A stretch of DNA of 64,000 nt from Eledone cirrhosa (lineage: Eukaryota): the NCBI GenBank assembly GCA_964016885.1, contig OZ024743.1, positions 271,870,001 to 271,934,000 of the forward strand. Reading direction: 5' to 3'. Positions 45,831 through 60,050 of the stretch are shown in pieces. Under the pieces are notes generated by a model. It was not told where the DNA came from. It was given only the letters and a program-made list of their open reading frames with translations, and made no database searches. Both the position numbers and the translations under genes were made by a program. Each line of letters begins with the position of its first letter. Position 1 is the first letter of the stretch.

Positions 45831-47334
45831 CTACGGCATCCAATGTGTCTTTTATCATTTATTTAAGAGAGATTTGGCTGTAATTTCTAGCCAATCAAAT
45901 TGGTTTGTGCTTATGTTTTCCTTTTAGCCAGACAAAGAGATGTCCTCAAACTAGAGACCTGTCTCAAATGTTAGCAACATAGTGGACTCTGCTAGAGGCA
46001 TTCAAGGTCCAGGTAGTGGTGTTAAACTTCATGTATGAAAAGTATGTATATGCACATTGAGGAGAAACAAAAATGTTTAAATAGAAATTATTTTAAAATT
46101 GTGATAATTGATTTTGTTACAAAAAATATAAATAATAAAATCAAAATGAAAATATATTTAGCTAATACAGAAATAAATATGAGAAAATGTAAAAACAAAA
46201 ACAATGAAATTTTGTAAAACAAAACAACAAAATTAAATTAAATTTTACAGTGAATTAACAAAATTGAAATTTAATTCCAAAGTTTACCATAACAACAAAA
46301 TAATAATAATAATAATGATTTCTAGTATAGGCACAAGGCCAGTAATTTTGGGAGAGAGAGAGAAAGTCAATTAAATCGACCCAGTGCATTGCTGGTGCTT
46401 TATTTTATCGACCCTATAAGGATGAAAGGTAAAACTAACCTTAGCAGGATTTGAACTTAGAACATAAAGGGACATAATTCTATGCCATGAAGTATGCTGT
46501 CTGATGCTCTACTGATACTGCCAATCCACCACCCTTGCCAATCCACCTAATTTCTTTACTGGCCACTGGGGCCAAAACATTAAGGATAATACAAATAAAC
46601 AGTGAAAGAGGGGATTTACAAGAAACAAGTAAATAAAAAGTAAGTAGCAAAGTAACAATAAATTAATAACGACAGAATTTCCCAATAAGATGAAGCACCA
46701 CCAAGAGGTAATTAAGAAAGCTCACAGAGCAAAGATCACCCCAATCACAAAGTGTATTATAAACAAATGCTGCTCTCTCCTCTATGATTTCTAGCCTACA
46801 GGTATAGGCTTAGTGTAGACTCATTCTTGCTACATTCACCCACCTTTTAATAAATATATTGAGGGAGGGGGTACACACTCTTTTTCAAAAGGTCAATGAA
46901 GGCATGGCCAAAGAGGATTGTGTCTATCATCACTCCTTTCAGCCTCATCCTCCACACAACCTCTTTCACTCAAGCCCAGTCCGACACCTGATTTTATTAG
47001 CCTGACTGTCCTCCTCATAAAGTGTTGTTATGTGAGAAGCCTTACTCTGGCCATGTGGTAGGTGTGAATACTAGGTTATTGATGTTACCATCCCAAGAGT
47101 ATATAATGTAACCTAGAAAGAAATTTAACAAATAACAAAATATACTGATTACATAAATATGGTCCCTATCACCTGACATCAAGATAATCCCAGTTGTCAT
47201 CAGAGCTTTGGGCATAATACTACTAAAACTGAGAGGGTATCTTAAGCAAGTAGACCTTGAAACACAAATTGCTCTCCAACAAAAGACTGCCCAGTAGAAG
47301 ATTCACCAATCATCATATTTATTGTGCAAACCAT

Positions 47335-50300
47335 GAATAATAATAATTATGCTTTCTTTATTAACCACAAGGGTTTACATAAAGTAGACATTAAGGACAG
47401 TACAGGACAATACAGGACGGTACAAATGGGCATTTCTGCATGTAGAAAAACAAAAAAACAGAGGATATAACAAAAAAATAACAATGAAAAATTCCCCAAT
47501 AGGGGAGAGACTTCCGAGGGACATTCGTGGAGAAAGCCCATTAAAAAGCCACAGTGACCCTGACCACCAGGGCAAGTGGCCTCTCCCAGTTTTCCACCTT
47601 TAATTTACAGATACATACTCAGAGTAGGCCCATTCACTCAGGCCATTCTTGCCTCTCTCACCCATCTTTCAACAAAATGCTGGGAAGAGAGCACTTCCCT
47701 CTCTACCCTGATTTTCCTTTTCAAATGAAATTTGAAAAAGTTAATCAGGGCATCACCGAAGAGGTAAGTGCTCATCTTCAGCCCTTTCAAACGTGTCCAC
47801 CATACTACCTCTTTCGCCATGGCCACCAGACAGATAAAAACTGCCTGCCCTTCCCGGCTAAAAAGGAAGAGGGCGGGGCAATCCTCACGATGGACTCAGC
47901 TGATAGCTGGATCCGTCCTACACGTGACAGCAGGTGTTCAACATAAACCTACAAGTCATCAATGCTCGGACACTGGGCGAGTACGTGCAGGACGGTTTCG
48001 CCGCCCTGCGCGCATCTAGGACATGCCTGGCTGACGACACCTCCATGCCTGTAGAATTTATCCCGAACAGGCAAAGCTCCTTGGTAGCACTGCCAGGCCA
48101 GGGATTTCTGGAAGTTGTCCATAGGCCCCGGCCCGAAAGTTCTTCCGAAGAGATTGGCTAATTGATTTTCGTCGACGCCTAGAGTTTCCCCAAATACGTC
48201 GTCGCTCTTCCCCTCCACTATTCCTCTATAGAACGCCAAGGTGGAGTTTCCACCGATCACATTGCTATTTGGTCGAGGGCTGTGAGCGCCTGAAGACATT
48301 CCAGTCTCCAAGCGCTCCATCTCAGTCTTCGCTTGACCCAGGACTGCAGCTCCGTCAAGGAGACGAGCTGGGGAAAGACGCGTCTAGCAAACGGCGACCA
48401 CACCTGATCACCGTTGAGGAAGAGGGGGAGATCTCGTAGCCTGAACGCGTGTCTGTGCATCATCAGTCACGGCATGCCCAGCCCTCCACGTAGCGGGTGT
48501 TGACAGCAGATGGACCGCCTGACCATCGGAGCACGTCCCTTCCACAAAGAGCGAAAGAGCAAATGCTCCAGCGCTGTCAGGCGGGGCTTAGGACAAGGTA
48601 CGACGGTCAGGTGGTAGTAGATGACGGACGCGATGTACGCGTTAGCCACCTCCGCTCGACCTTTCAGGGATAGCTTCCTCTCCGCCCATTTCTGGGTGAG
48701 AGAAGCCACCCTGCTCGTCACCTCGTCCCAGTTTTTGTCCGTCTGGAGGTCCGGACCGAACCAGACCCCTAACAATTTAACCGGTCCGTCCATCCAGTGC
48801 CCGACGACGCTGTTGGACGGCATGGACCTGCCTCTCCAGGTGCTGAGCTGCAGGCCCACTGACTTTTCCTGGTTGATTGATCATTTCTCCTGTCACCGCT
48901 TCGTATTCTCTTAGTGTAGTGCCGATTGCCTCGATGTGTTTGGCGTTCGAGACCACTACGGTGACATCGGCCGCATATGCTGACATGGATCTTCCGCATC
49001 CTAGTTCGCGCGGGATCCTCCTCAACGTCTCCAGTTTGTGTAGTAATGGCTCGAGAGTCAATACGTACAAGAGGGACGAGAGGGAACTGAGCGCATGATG
49101 TTGAACGGTTCCGAAAGGTGACCGTTCACTCTCACCACAGAGCAGATGTCACTGTGCATGGCAGCGATCCAGCCTCTGAAGACGGGCCCAAAGCCAGCCA
49201 CCCTCAGGACTGCAGTTAGGTAACGATGGTCGACCCTATCAAAAGCTTTCGACTGATCTAAATTGATCAAGGACCCACTCGTGCCAGGTTCCCTAGCTAC
49301 CCTCTCCACGATGTATCGCATGAGGTGGAGGTTGTCGTGGATGGATCTGTCGGGAATGGCGCATGTCTGCGCCTCTCCCACCAGACCACCAACAACAAGC
49401 GCCAAACTTTTTGTTAGCACCTTGGCCAAAATCTTGAACTCTGTGTTTAGCAGAGTTATGGGCCTGAAATTATTTATGTTATCCCCCTTATTCGGATCCT
49501 TTCTCAGCAGCGCCACCGCTCCTCGGCTCACAGAGCTGGGAATTCTCCCGTTCTGTTGCCAGTTGCAGTAGACGTCCGCCAAGAGGCCTCCGAACAAGTC
49601 TGGCATCTGTACGTAAAGTTCATAGGGCGGATCATCCAAACCAGGCGATTTACCCCTTGTGCAGCCAGTCATTGTCTCCCGTACTTCAGCGGCTGTTATC
49701 GGCTTTTCGCAACACTCCGCCTCGGTGGCCGAGAGCAGCGGCAGACCGTCGAGGTAGACACTAAAGTCCATCCCTCGATCCGGCCCGCCGCTGCCCCCGA
49801 ACAGCTGAGCGAAGTGTCACTGAAAAGCTTCACACATTTGCCCGGGATCGAGTAGCATGCGCCCATCGTGGTCCACCAAAGACCGGATCGTGGCAACATG
49901 CCACAACGCGCCTCCGCCACTCGGGCCCATTGAACGGCTTTCGTCCCCTCGTGTCTGAGAGCACACACCCTAGCTCTGACAACGCAGCCTTCGTGCTTTG
50001 CATTGAAGAATTGGTCAAGGGCCAATTTCGCCGCAATTACGTCGGTCGCGATGCCTTTGCTAAGTACCTCGTCTAATTTTCTAACTAGTTCTCCCTCTGC
50101 TCTATATTTCTCTATAGCTAAAGCCGTACTAAACCTAATGGACTCTATTCTAATCGCTCTTTTCAGAGCAAACCACCACTTGTTGTTGACGATGGTCCCC
50201 GTCAACGCCCGCTTAACTAGTTCGTTAATCCGGTCTCTGTTAGGCCTTGCGCGCTGGTAAGGACGCGTTTAGCTTCCAGTAGCTGGGTCCTCGTCTATGA

Positions 50301-52184
50301 AGCCTATCTAAGTCAAGCACACAGATCACGAATTTGTGGTCCGTGTAGCTGACTATCTTGAATTATGGACAGCCTATGCTAGACCTATCTATTTCCCTAC
50401 AAAATACTCTATCTAGATATGATCTGGATGACCCGATGCGGTTTGTCCAAGTCCACATTGGCACATTCGGGAAATCCAATCGGTACCTGTCAGACAGTTC
50501 AAAACGCCTGAGCAGGTTGGTGAGGCTCTTGCACCCTCTTCCCCTATCCGCTAATCCCACACAGTCCCAGCGTGCATCTAAGATCCCGTTCCAGTTGCCC
50601 ACTAACACTAAAGAGCGGGACGTTCCAAGAAAGGTCTCCAGATGCCGGAAGAAATCAGGCCGTCCTGCTCCTGTCAGGGCATAGATGGCCACTAGCCTGA
50701 AAGCTTGCCTGTCTCCGCTGGTCACGTCCAGCACCACCAACTTACCTTCTGGGTCCACGAAGATGGCCCGTATGGCGAGATCCAAACCTCTCCGAAAAAG
50801 CACAGCAACTCCACCCCCAATCCAGAACAGCTGGGAGATGTGTACACATCGTAGCCGCAGAAGATCGGTGTGAAGGCCCGTGCTTCAGAGATTCTGGTCT
50901 CGCTGATGGCCACTACATCTATGTTTAGTGACCTGAGGTCATTGAGCAGGTGGCCCTGCTTCCTTGACGACCCCAAGCCACGCGCATTTATGCTGCCTAG
51001 TCTGAGTGAGGTCATGTTGAAATGGAGTGGAAAAGATGGGAAAGACCACTTACCTTACTTCTCGTAGAGGAAGGATGGTTTCTCCATCCTTTACACTGCT
51101 TGTGGGCTCCTCCTTATAAATCCTCCTGGAGAGTGCTTGTCGGAAGTCTCCGATGTCTTTGGGGAATTTTTGTTTTAGTGTCATATACGTTTTCTCTGTG
51201 ATGCGAGTGATTTGTATGTGTGGAGGTGTGTGAACTTTTGGGGTGTTGTGTAGTCTTTTTCTGTGATGCTGGTGTTGTGTTGGATGTAGTGTAATAGTTG
51301 GTTATTGTTCAAATTTAATGCTGTGTAGTGTGGATCGTTTTGGTTGTTTGTTTTGTTTGCGTTTGTTGTGGGTTTGTTTCTGTTTCGCTTTTTGGTGACT
51401 TTTGTGGTGTTGGTGATGGTGGTGTTGGGGTTAATAATGGTGATGGTGTTGGTGTTTGTGGTGATGGGGTTGGTGATGCTAGTGTGGATGGTGGCATAGC
51501 TGTCCTAACTTTTTTGTTTGACAGTTTATTTGTTTTCTTCTGTATTTTGTTTTTGGAGGGGGAAGGAAGAGGATTTTTTCTTTTTTGGCTTCTTTTTTCC
51601 TGATACCGTTTCCGACTCCTCGTCGTCACAATCTGTCTCCAGTTGTGATAGGTCGGGGAGTGGAAAATCCTCCAAAGGCGTTGGTTTTGGTTGTGGCGTG
51701 GTGGATGGTGTAGGCGCTGGTGCTAGTTCTGGCACGTTGGGCGGTGATAGTGTTGGTTTTGCTACTGTTGCTGGGATTGTTGCTGCTACAGTTGTTGCTG
51801 TCATTTCTGATGCTGGTGGTGTTGATGGTTGAGTCACTGGGGTGGGTAAGAGAGGTGGCCTCAACTTTTTAGCCTGAGGGCAGAAAGCCCTTAGGTGGGT
51901 TCCTTCACCACAAACGACACACCTAGGCCTTCTACCCTCGACGATTACGGTGAGGTGGCTGCCGTCAGTGAGGTCTATTACCTCTTGGATCTCCTCAATG
52001 CTTTTTTGGTCCACTTGGATCAGGAGCTCCATCCCAGATCCGGACCAGTTCTGCTTTTCTTTTGCTATTTCTATTATTTTGATGTTGGCCTTATTTTGGT
52101 GTTGGAATTTTCTATAAATGGCAATTTTAAACAAACGAAAACAACAAACCTTTGCGGAGCTCACGATTTCCTACGTAGGTCGCC
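47335..52184 (-). mobile_element. Degenerate sister copy of the L1/Tx1 element with an ~1-kb internal deletion in the 5'UTR/ORF1
   Basis: ORF fragments match ORF1 and ORF2 of 38813-44798; YADD is changed to YAAD; many frameshifts; intact 5' end at 52184 next to (AAT)n. Confidence 0.93.
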
Positions 52185-52434
52185 AATAATAATAATAATA
52201 GTAATGGTCTCTGATTTGGACATAAGGCCAACAATTTTGGGAGAGAGGAAGTCGATTAAATCAATCTCAGTGTGATACTGGTATTTTATTTTATTGATTC
52301 CGTAAAGATGAAAGCTAACATTGGCAGGATTTGAACTCAGAACATAAAGGGCCGTAACTCTATGATGCTAAGCAAGTTGTCCGACGCTTAATAATAATGA
52401 TAATAATAATTATTATTATTATTATAATGACTCT

Positions 52435-52880
52435 TGACAAAGCAATCATACTCTGGGGTATGCCAATATTCACAGATTAAGGATCAAAGCCAAATGACCA
52501 GATACTGTAGTCAAAGAAAAGAAATGCCTTCTAAGTCACATATCAAGCCCAGCAGAGAACATACCCATCAAGGAAATAGAGCAATGATGATCTGGAGATA
52601 AAAATAACCAAAATGTGGATGTTGAAAACAAAAGCAATCCCTGTAATAATAGGTGCTCTTGGAATGTTAAAAAAACACATGGATAGATACATAAGCCAAA
52701 TACCAGGGCTTACAAATATATACTACATACAAAAAATAGCACTACTAGACACTGCACATATGTTACAGAGAGTACAATACAATGGAAATAACAACATCAA
52801 AAACAACACTGTACATACCCAAGACATGCAGGGTTGTGCTCATTAATACAGTGACAGTATGTAATGAAAATAAGACAATA
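52435..52880 (+). mobile_element. R4/Dong-like RLE LINE 3' end (related pieces at 47150-47335 and 57490-57640)
   Basis: MWMLKTKAIPVIIGALG...IPG...IQKIALLDTAHML, typical of the R4-clade C-terminus; bordered by (TAA)/(ATT) runs. Confidence 0.7.
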
Positions 52881-55339
52881 ATAATGATAACAAAAAAAAA
52901 TTAATGAGAGAACACCATTTTTTAAATCATTTTATATTTTAAATATTACATATATCCATTCATGGTCTTTGTGGATTTTGTTGGGGTTCGTTATTATTTT
53001 GTTTTATCACTTAGCCAGGAGCAAGGTCCTATGAAATTGGTGGGAGCAGAGAGGGTGTAGGGGAGTATCCTCAAACTGGAGACTTTGCCCGACTCTGCTA
53101 AAAACACCCAAACAGGCCACAATAAGATTTTGAACTTAGAACCCAAAGAACCAGAACAAATACTACATATCCCATAGAATGTTCAATTCCAGTACTTGAC
53201 TGGTACTTTATTTTGTCAACTCCAGACAGTTGACCTTGGCCAGATTTGAACTCTGAATGTAAAGAACCAGAACAAATATCGCAATGGCATTTTATCCAAT
53301 AGTCTACCAATTCTGCCAGTCCACTATCTTAAAGCTGGAATAGATATGGTAAGGTAAGGTGTCCCATGAAATGTTCAAACGATTCCATAAGTCAGAGACT
53401 GGTACTTTATTTATCAACCTTATCAGTTCTAGAAACATGAAAACGCTAAGTTAATCTTGGGGATATTTCAATACAGAATTCAAGGACCTAGAATAAATAC
53501 AAAGTATTTTATCTGGGTTTTTCAGCCAATCTGTTGTGTTTATTTTATTTACTATTTTTTTTCCATATCAAATGTTGAAACAATTGAATCCTCTCACTTA
53601 CAATGTTGTTATACTCTTGCCCAAGAAAAAATGAATAAAAATAAGATAAAATGAATAAATACAAATCTTTCTACATCTTATGAGGTCTTATCATTGTCGT
53701 TCAACAACAGAGGCAGATGACTACAATCCTTTTCCACCTATTGCAGATTTCATAATAAATTGTGGTCCCATGGTCAGGTGATTAGCCCTGTATCATCACC
53801 ATCATCATCATCATTTGTCTACATTAGCAGTCAGCCATGATCCTCCACTATCCATTGTAGCATTCATTATCAGTTGTGATCCAGTAGTGAGTTGATTAGC
53901 TCAGGACATCAGTGGGGTTTCAATACTTAGAATGCAAAGTTCCAAAACAGATACCACATGGTTTATCTCATCCGATGTCTAACCATTCCACCAATCCACC
54001 CTCAAGGATTGGTACCTTATTTTATTGACTCTAGCAAGAATGAAAAGCAAAGTTGACTTTCTGTCTGACATTCTAATGACTCTACCATCTTGCTGCATTG
54101 GTTTAACTGTATCTAACCCATTGATGGATACTCTCATCCAAAGAAAGACAATGAGAAAATGATACACTACAAAGTAAATGTTTGTAATTAACTGTAGAAT
54201 AATCAAACATTATGCACTAATGAGTTAAAAGAAAGTCGAGATGGAATTTAATGAATATTACTGACAGAAATTTGGTAATGAATCCTAAAAATTCAATCTT
54301 CAGCATAATGATAGAGCTAACTTTAATAATATAATAATTTCTAATTTAGGCACAAGGCCAGCAATTTGTGGAGAAGGTAATGCCAATTATATCAACCTGA
54401 TTGGTACATTAGTTTATCGACATTGGAAAGATGAAAGGCAAATTTGACCTTGGAAGGATTTGAACACGGAATGTAAATAAGGCAATACAAATACCACATG
54501 GGATTTTATCTGATGCTGAATCAATTCTGCCAATCCATTAATCTTAACTCTAATAATATAATAATACAATGGTTAGCATATACTGTATGTATTTGGTTAA
54601 GAATGGGTAGACAGTATTTGTGTGTTGTAAGGGATTATTACTAAAAGAGTTGACAACAGGAAGAGCATCTGACAATAAACTGCTGCTTCAAAAAGGACAC
54701 CATGATGTATATGATTACTGTGTGGAGCTCAGTTTAGGTCCATATTGTCCCTGTGTGTTGAAAGAGGTGACTAAAACTATTGGCACCAGGAACGTCCAGC
54801 CATAAAGCATTGCCTGAAAAAGAACCCAAAGATGAGTATAGTTAAGCCTGGCATGTGGCCCAGAGGACTAATACTGGCTTTAGCAGGGAAAATGGCCTTA
54901 AAATGATTGTTGTGTTGTTGTTGTTGTTGCATGCAATAACATTTCTACAGTTTATTGACCATGTTGCCCCAGTACACTGGTATCCCAGTATCATAACAGT
55001 GAGGGGGTGGGGGTGGGGGGTTAGTGTTGTGGTGCTAGAGTGTCCTAATGCTGAAACACTAGGAACCCCTGTACCACAACACTGTGGCAATTTTGGTACA
55101 TAAATGGACGAAAGTTATACTGAAAAAAAGGCAAAAAAAAAAAGAGAGCTAAATTGATGTTATAAAAGAAAACATTTTGTTAGGAAGTGTCAGACAAAGA
55201 ACACATTTGGAAATAGCAGAAGTAATATTTGGTAGTAGCCAAAGAGATCAACCAGGTGAGAGTAAAATATTTAAGTTAAGTAAATAGCCATAAACAATTG
55301 ATGTTAGGTTAATTATAGGTGTTAAGTTATCAACTGTAA

Positions 55340-57015
55340 GTGCCCGGTCACTTTTCATTACATTATTCTAGATTAATCTAACATTATCTCTGGCAATACT
55401 TCTTCGAATTTAAGCATCTCCCACTATATGACCTGGTGAGACAACATGTGACTGATAAAATGACAAGTCAGTCAATCATATTGGTGGCCTCCCAACAGCC
55501 CCGGCGGACAGAGTGGAGAAGGCGTTTCCCCGGAGGACAGCAAGGGAGATGCGCTGGAAAAGCCATTCCAGCTTGCGGGGCTCAGACCCGCGGCTGGCCA
55601 GCTCAGCGCCTATGGTGGTGAGTAGGGAGGTAGCCCTAGGGCCGAGGACACCAGAAGTCTCCACCGCCAAGAGCACAACCGCAAACCTGTCGGAGAGCGA
55701 CCGGTATTTGAAGAGGTTGGCCTCCTCAGCCCGATGTGCTGCAGAACCTGGGTTACTTGTAGACTGCACCCGGTTGCGGCTGAAGTAAGTGTCGGTGCAA
55801 GTGTAATCCCAGACGAGGGGTTTGCCACCGCAGAATGGGAAGATGGTCATGCCATCTGGCCTTTTGCTGTCTCCTTGGTCCAACCCCACCGTCTCGAGCT
55901 GGGAAGGGAAGCCTGCAGCATCCAAGCCATGCTTTATGACCTCATTGAGGGCAGCATGGCGTGGAAGGCGGCCAGCACTGTGGTGACAGGAAAGCGGGTG
56001 GAGGCTAAAAGAGTCCACAGTGGATCCACAGCGACATTGGTATGGTTTGCAGATCTGGAGGCCGAGTCTCAAGGAAACGCCGATGCGCAGGCTATTGTTA
56101 TCTAGCTGCGTGCCAGTGGGGAAGGAGGGTAAGGCATGAAGCCAGGCACCACTGTGGGGTTTGGAGGCCGCACGAAAACAGGCAAGGCGGTGCTGGTCGA
56201 GCTGGCGCATGAGCCTGTCTGAAGCCAGGCTGCACTGGATGGCATCCCAAATGCTTTGGGGGGACTTGACGTCAGCAGGTGGAGAAGGAGGAGGGACGTC
56301 TACTGGGCTAAGTCCCAGCCAATCCCACGTCTCACAGGCGGCCTCACGGTCCCTGAACACAGAGGGTTCTATTGTCTTTTGGAGAACCCTGCTGACGAGG
56401 ACGTGGCATGAGGTTACTGACGAAAGAAACACCGGCAAAGCCAGTAAGATCAGGGAATGGAGGCCAAGGCCGCTATACTTGACAGGTAAAATGGCCTGTT
56501 GCCATCCAATGTCGTCAAACCTGACGTTGCATATCTCCTCGGCTGCTGCTCGGATACAAGTATCGAGGTCAGTGAGGAGAGATGCATGGGTGTAGCATGG
56601 AGCACTGCGAAGGGTATAGAGGGGCTTCGGCATGGCAAAGCAGTTCCTCAACAGAAAGAGAGCTGGGTGGCCGTCGATCAAGCCCAGTCGACTCATGAGA
56701 GTCTGGAGTTGTTGACGCCTGGACCTGATGGTGGAGCAGAAGGCCGGCGGGTGAATTGGTGACTCGAGGATGAGGACATCCTCTTTGGGGGTCACCTGTA
56801 CCTGGTGGAGAATGGACTGCACGTCCGAGACGGAGGCTGCAAAGCTCTCAGCATCGTGGCTGACATTCACCACCTCTGACTTGGACAAGTTGACCTGGAG
56901 GCCAATTCCCACCAGGGCAGGCACCACCGATTGTAGGTCATGGCAGACAGTCTGTGTGGGCCCGCCCAACGTAGCATCATTCAGATACCAAACGGTGAGA
57001 GGGGCCGTGATACTC
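55340..57015 (-). mobile_element. CRE-clade non-LTR retrotransposon, 5'-truncated (RT end + Zn-binding motif + RLE endonuclease); ORF open 55476-57015
   Basis: WYLND (YLDD variant), GLQVNLSKSE, GLGL, AWL.ALP, CRC..H.LSC, RH..LN, KRPDG, WDYTC, KY, AVETSG, QRISLAVLRGNA. Confidence 0.85.
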
Positions 57016-57019
57016 CTGT

Positions 57020-57490
57020 GTTAAGTTAATTAAAGATGTTAAGTTATTAGCAATAAACACCAGGTGTTAGGTTATTAACAGGTGTTGGGTTAATTACAGG
57101 TGTTAAGTTATCAGCTATAATTGGCAGGTGTTAGGTTAATTACAGACATTAAGTTATCAGCTTCAAGCACCAGGTACTAGGTTAATTACAGGTGTTAAGT
57201 TATTAGCTACACATAGCAGGTTTTAGGTTAATTTCAGGTATTAAGTTATCAGCTTCAAACACCAGGTACTAGATTAAATTACAGGTGTTAAGTTATCAGC
57301 TATAAATAGCTGATTAAATTACAGGTGTTAGGTTAATGGCAATAAGCAGAGGTTAATGACTCCAAAATGGTTGGTGATAACAACCATAAGTGTCAGGTGT
57401 TGAATGAATAACCATAAATAGCAGGTGTTAAGTTAATGATCATAAATTGTAGGTGCTAATAGATAGAAATGGCAGGTGTTAGGTTAACTA
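57020..57490. repeat. ~20/40-bp minisatellite (caggtgttaggttaatta / caggtgttaagttatcagc); continues at 55255-55340 on the other side of the CRE element
   Basis: Directly visible tandem units. Confidence 0.85.
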
Positions 57491-57853
57491 ACTCCTGCAT
57501 TACTAGACACTGCACTCATTAAGTACAGTACTTTCTTACAACAAAAAACACAAATATAACACACTGCACATAGATAAAGCGCACAGAGTTGTGCTTAGTT
57601 TTGCAGTGAAAACATACAATAAAAGTAAGGCTACATAATAATTGTTTCTACTTTTGGCACAAGAATGGTTTCTGATATAGGCACAAGAGGCCAACAATTT
57701 GAAGGGAAGGGGAAAGTCGATTAAATTGACCCCAGTGCATTACTAGCACTTTGTTTTATCAACCCTGTAAAGATGAAAGGCAAAGCTAACCTCGGCATGA
57801 TTTAAACTCAACATAAAAGGTTATAACTATATGCTACAAAGCAAGTCTTCCAA

Positions 57854-57854
<1 letters not shown>

Positions 57855-57884
<30 letters not shown>

Positions 57885-60050
57885 GTTTAACGTCCATCTT
57901 CCACGCTTGCATGGGTTTGGACGGGAGGTTTCCCACTTGAGGCAAGATTTGTTGTCCTGCTCGTATAGGACTGTCTGGCGGGTTTTCTACGGCTGGATGC
58001 CCTTCCTAACACCAACCACGTTTACAGTGTGGACTGCGAGGTTTTTACCGTGTTACCTACACGGCCACATTATAGCGTGGACTGTGTTTTTTTGTCGTGA
58101 CACCTACACGACCTCATTTGTTTTGGACTGGATGTTGTGGTACCAACATAACTTCACATTTAAGGGGGTGGTGTGGATGGGGTGGGGGTAGTGGAATAGG
58201 GGGGGGGGGGGGTGTATTTTGTTAGAGGTGCCTACTGACTGTAGGTTTCGCTTTGTACTTAGGCAGGGTGGGTCTTCTGTATGACTGTGTAGCGCCAAAG
58301 ATCTCGGTCCAGTGACATTGTCTTGCAGAGGTTTGTCTCAGAATTTATCAAGTCGTCCCAGGTTTTTCTGGGTCTGCCTACTCCGTGGCTACCGTCTATT
58401 TTTATCGCCCTGCACTTTTTTATACAGCTGTCGTCTTTCATGCGCATCACGTGACCGTACCAACGTAGTCTTCTCTCGAGTAAACAACATCTGATCCCTC
58501 TTATTCCTAATTTCTCCCTTAGTTTGTTTATGCTTTGCCATTCACGTATATTACTATTACACATCCAGCGGAGCATGCAAGCTTCGTTTCTCTCCAGTCT
58601 GCGTATATCCTCTGCACACAATGCCCAGGTCTCACTGCCATGTAACATTGCTGTTCGTATGCAGGCCTCATACAGCCTGCCTTTCATTTTTAGAGAGAAC
58701 CCTTTAGCAGCCAATAGTGGTATAAGCTCTCTGAACTTTTTCCATCCCGTTCTGACTCTAGCTACTGTACTTTCAGAGCACCCTCCCCCACTGCTGATTT
58801 TGTCACCCAGGTAACGGAAGGTGTCCACTATTTCTATAGTACCATCTGTGCAATGGAATGAGCTAGTATTCTGTGGGCACTTGCTGCTACTTATTACACC
58901 AGAGCACCGGCCACATATAAAATCTATATTCTTAGTTAGCTTACCTGTGATCCTACTACATCTTTTATACACCCATACTTTGCATTTGGGACATAAAATG
59001 GAGTTTCTGCCTACTCCTTTCCTACACACTGAGCATGGCCATTTGCCAGATGGGACCGGTGCCCTATTTTCCTTCCTACAAACTAGAACTTTAGTCTTAG
59101 ACAAGTTAACTTTAAGGCCTTTTGATTCTAGGCCATGCTTCCATGTTTGGAATTTCTTCTCTAGTTCAGCCATTGATTCAGCTATGAGCGTTAGACCATC
59201 TGCATATAGGAGTCCCCATGGGCAGCCGGTCTTGAACTCCTCTGTTATAGCCTGAAGGGCAATAATAAATAGTAGGGGGCTAAGAACGGAGCCCTGATGA
59301 ACACCAACTTTGACGCTAAACTCTTCACTATATTCGTTGTTAATTCTAACCTTGCTGACTGTTTCTTTATACATGGCTTGTATAGCTCTCACAAGCCATT
59401 CATCTACACCTAGTTTTCTAAGAGCCCACCAGATAATGGAGCAGGGGACTCTGTCAAAGGCTTTCTCCAGGTCTACAAAAGCTAAGTATAGGGGTTTACT
59501 TTTAGCTAGGTACTTCTCTTGTAGTTGTCGTACAATGAAAGAGCATCTGTGGTACTTTTATCTGATACAAACCCGAACTGCATTTCATCTAGATCAATTC
59601 GTTCTCTGATTAGTTGCGCTATTACTTTTTCCGTGACCTTCATGACCTGCTCGATTAATTTAATGCCTCTATAGTTACCCCTATCAAGAGCATCTCCTTT
59701 ACCCTTGTAGCAGTTAATGATGATGCTGCTACGCCAGTCCTTCGGTACGACCCCATTCTGTATGACTTGGTTTACTATCCGGGTGACCATAGTGTGTCCC
59801 ACCGTTCCAGATGCTTTCAGCATTTCAGCAGCTATTTCCGAAGAGCTGGCCGCCTTACCCGTCTTCATATCTTTGATTGCCTTACTTATTATACTACCTT
59901 CAACTCGCACTGCTGGTCCCTCTATTGGATCGATGTGGGGGAGACTGTCTTTCTCCCATTTATTCTCCTCTTTTAGTAGCCTTTCGTAGTGACACTTCCA
60001 AGCTACCTTCTTATCAGCGTCAGTGAGGCAAGTACACCATCATTGTCAAC
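57855..60050 (-). mobile_element. RTE-clade LINE, 5'-truncated, same family as 20975-24010; inserted in a SINE
   Basis: ORFs 59506-59910 and 58259-59392 (HQGSVLSP, YADG, WPCSVC..C..C..C, HGSETW); 3'UTR and (GAT)n tail; SINE halves at 57665-57855 and 60257-60295. Confidence 0.9.
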
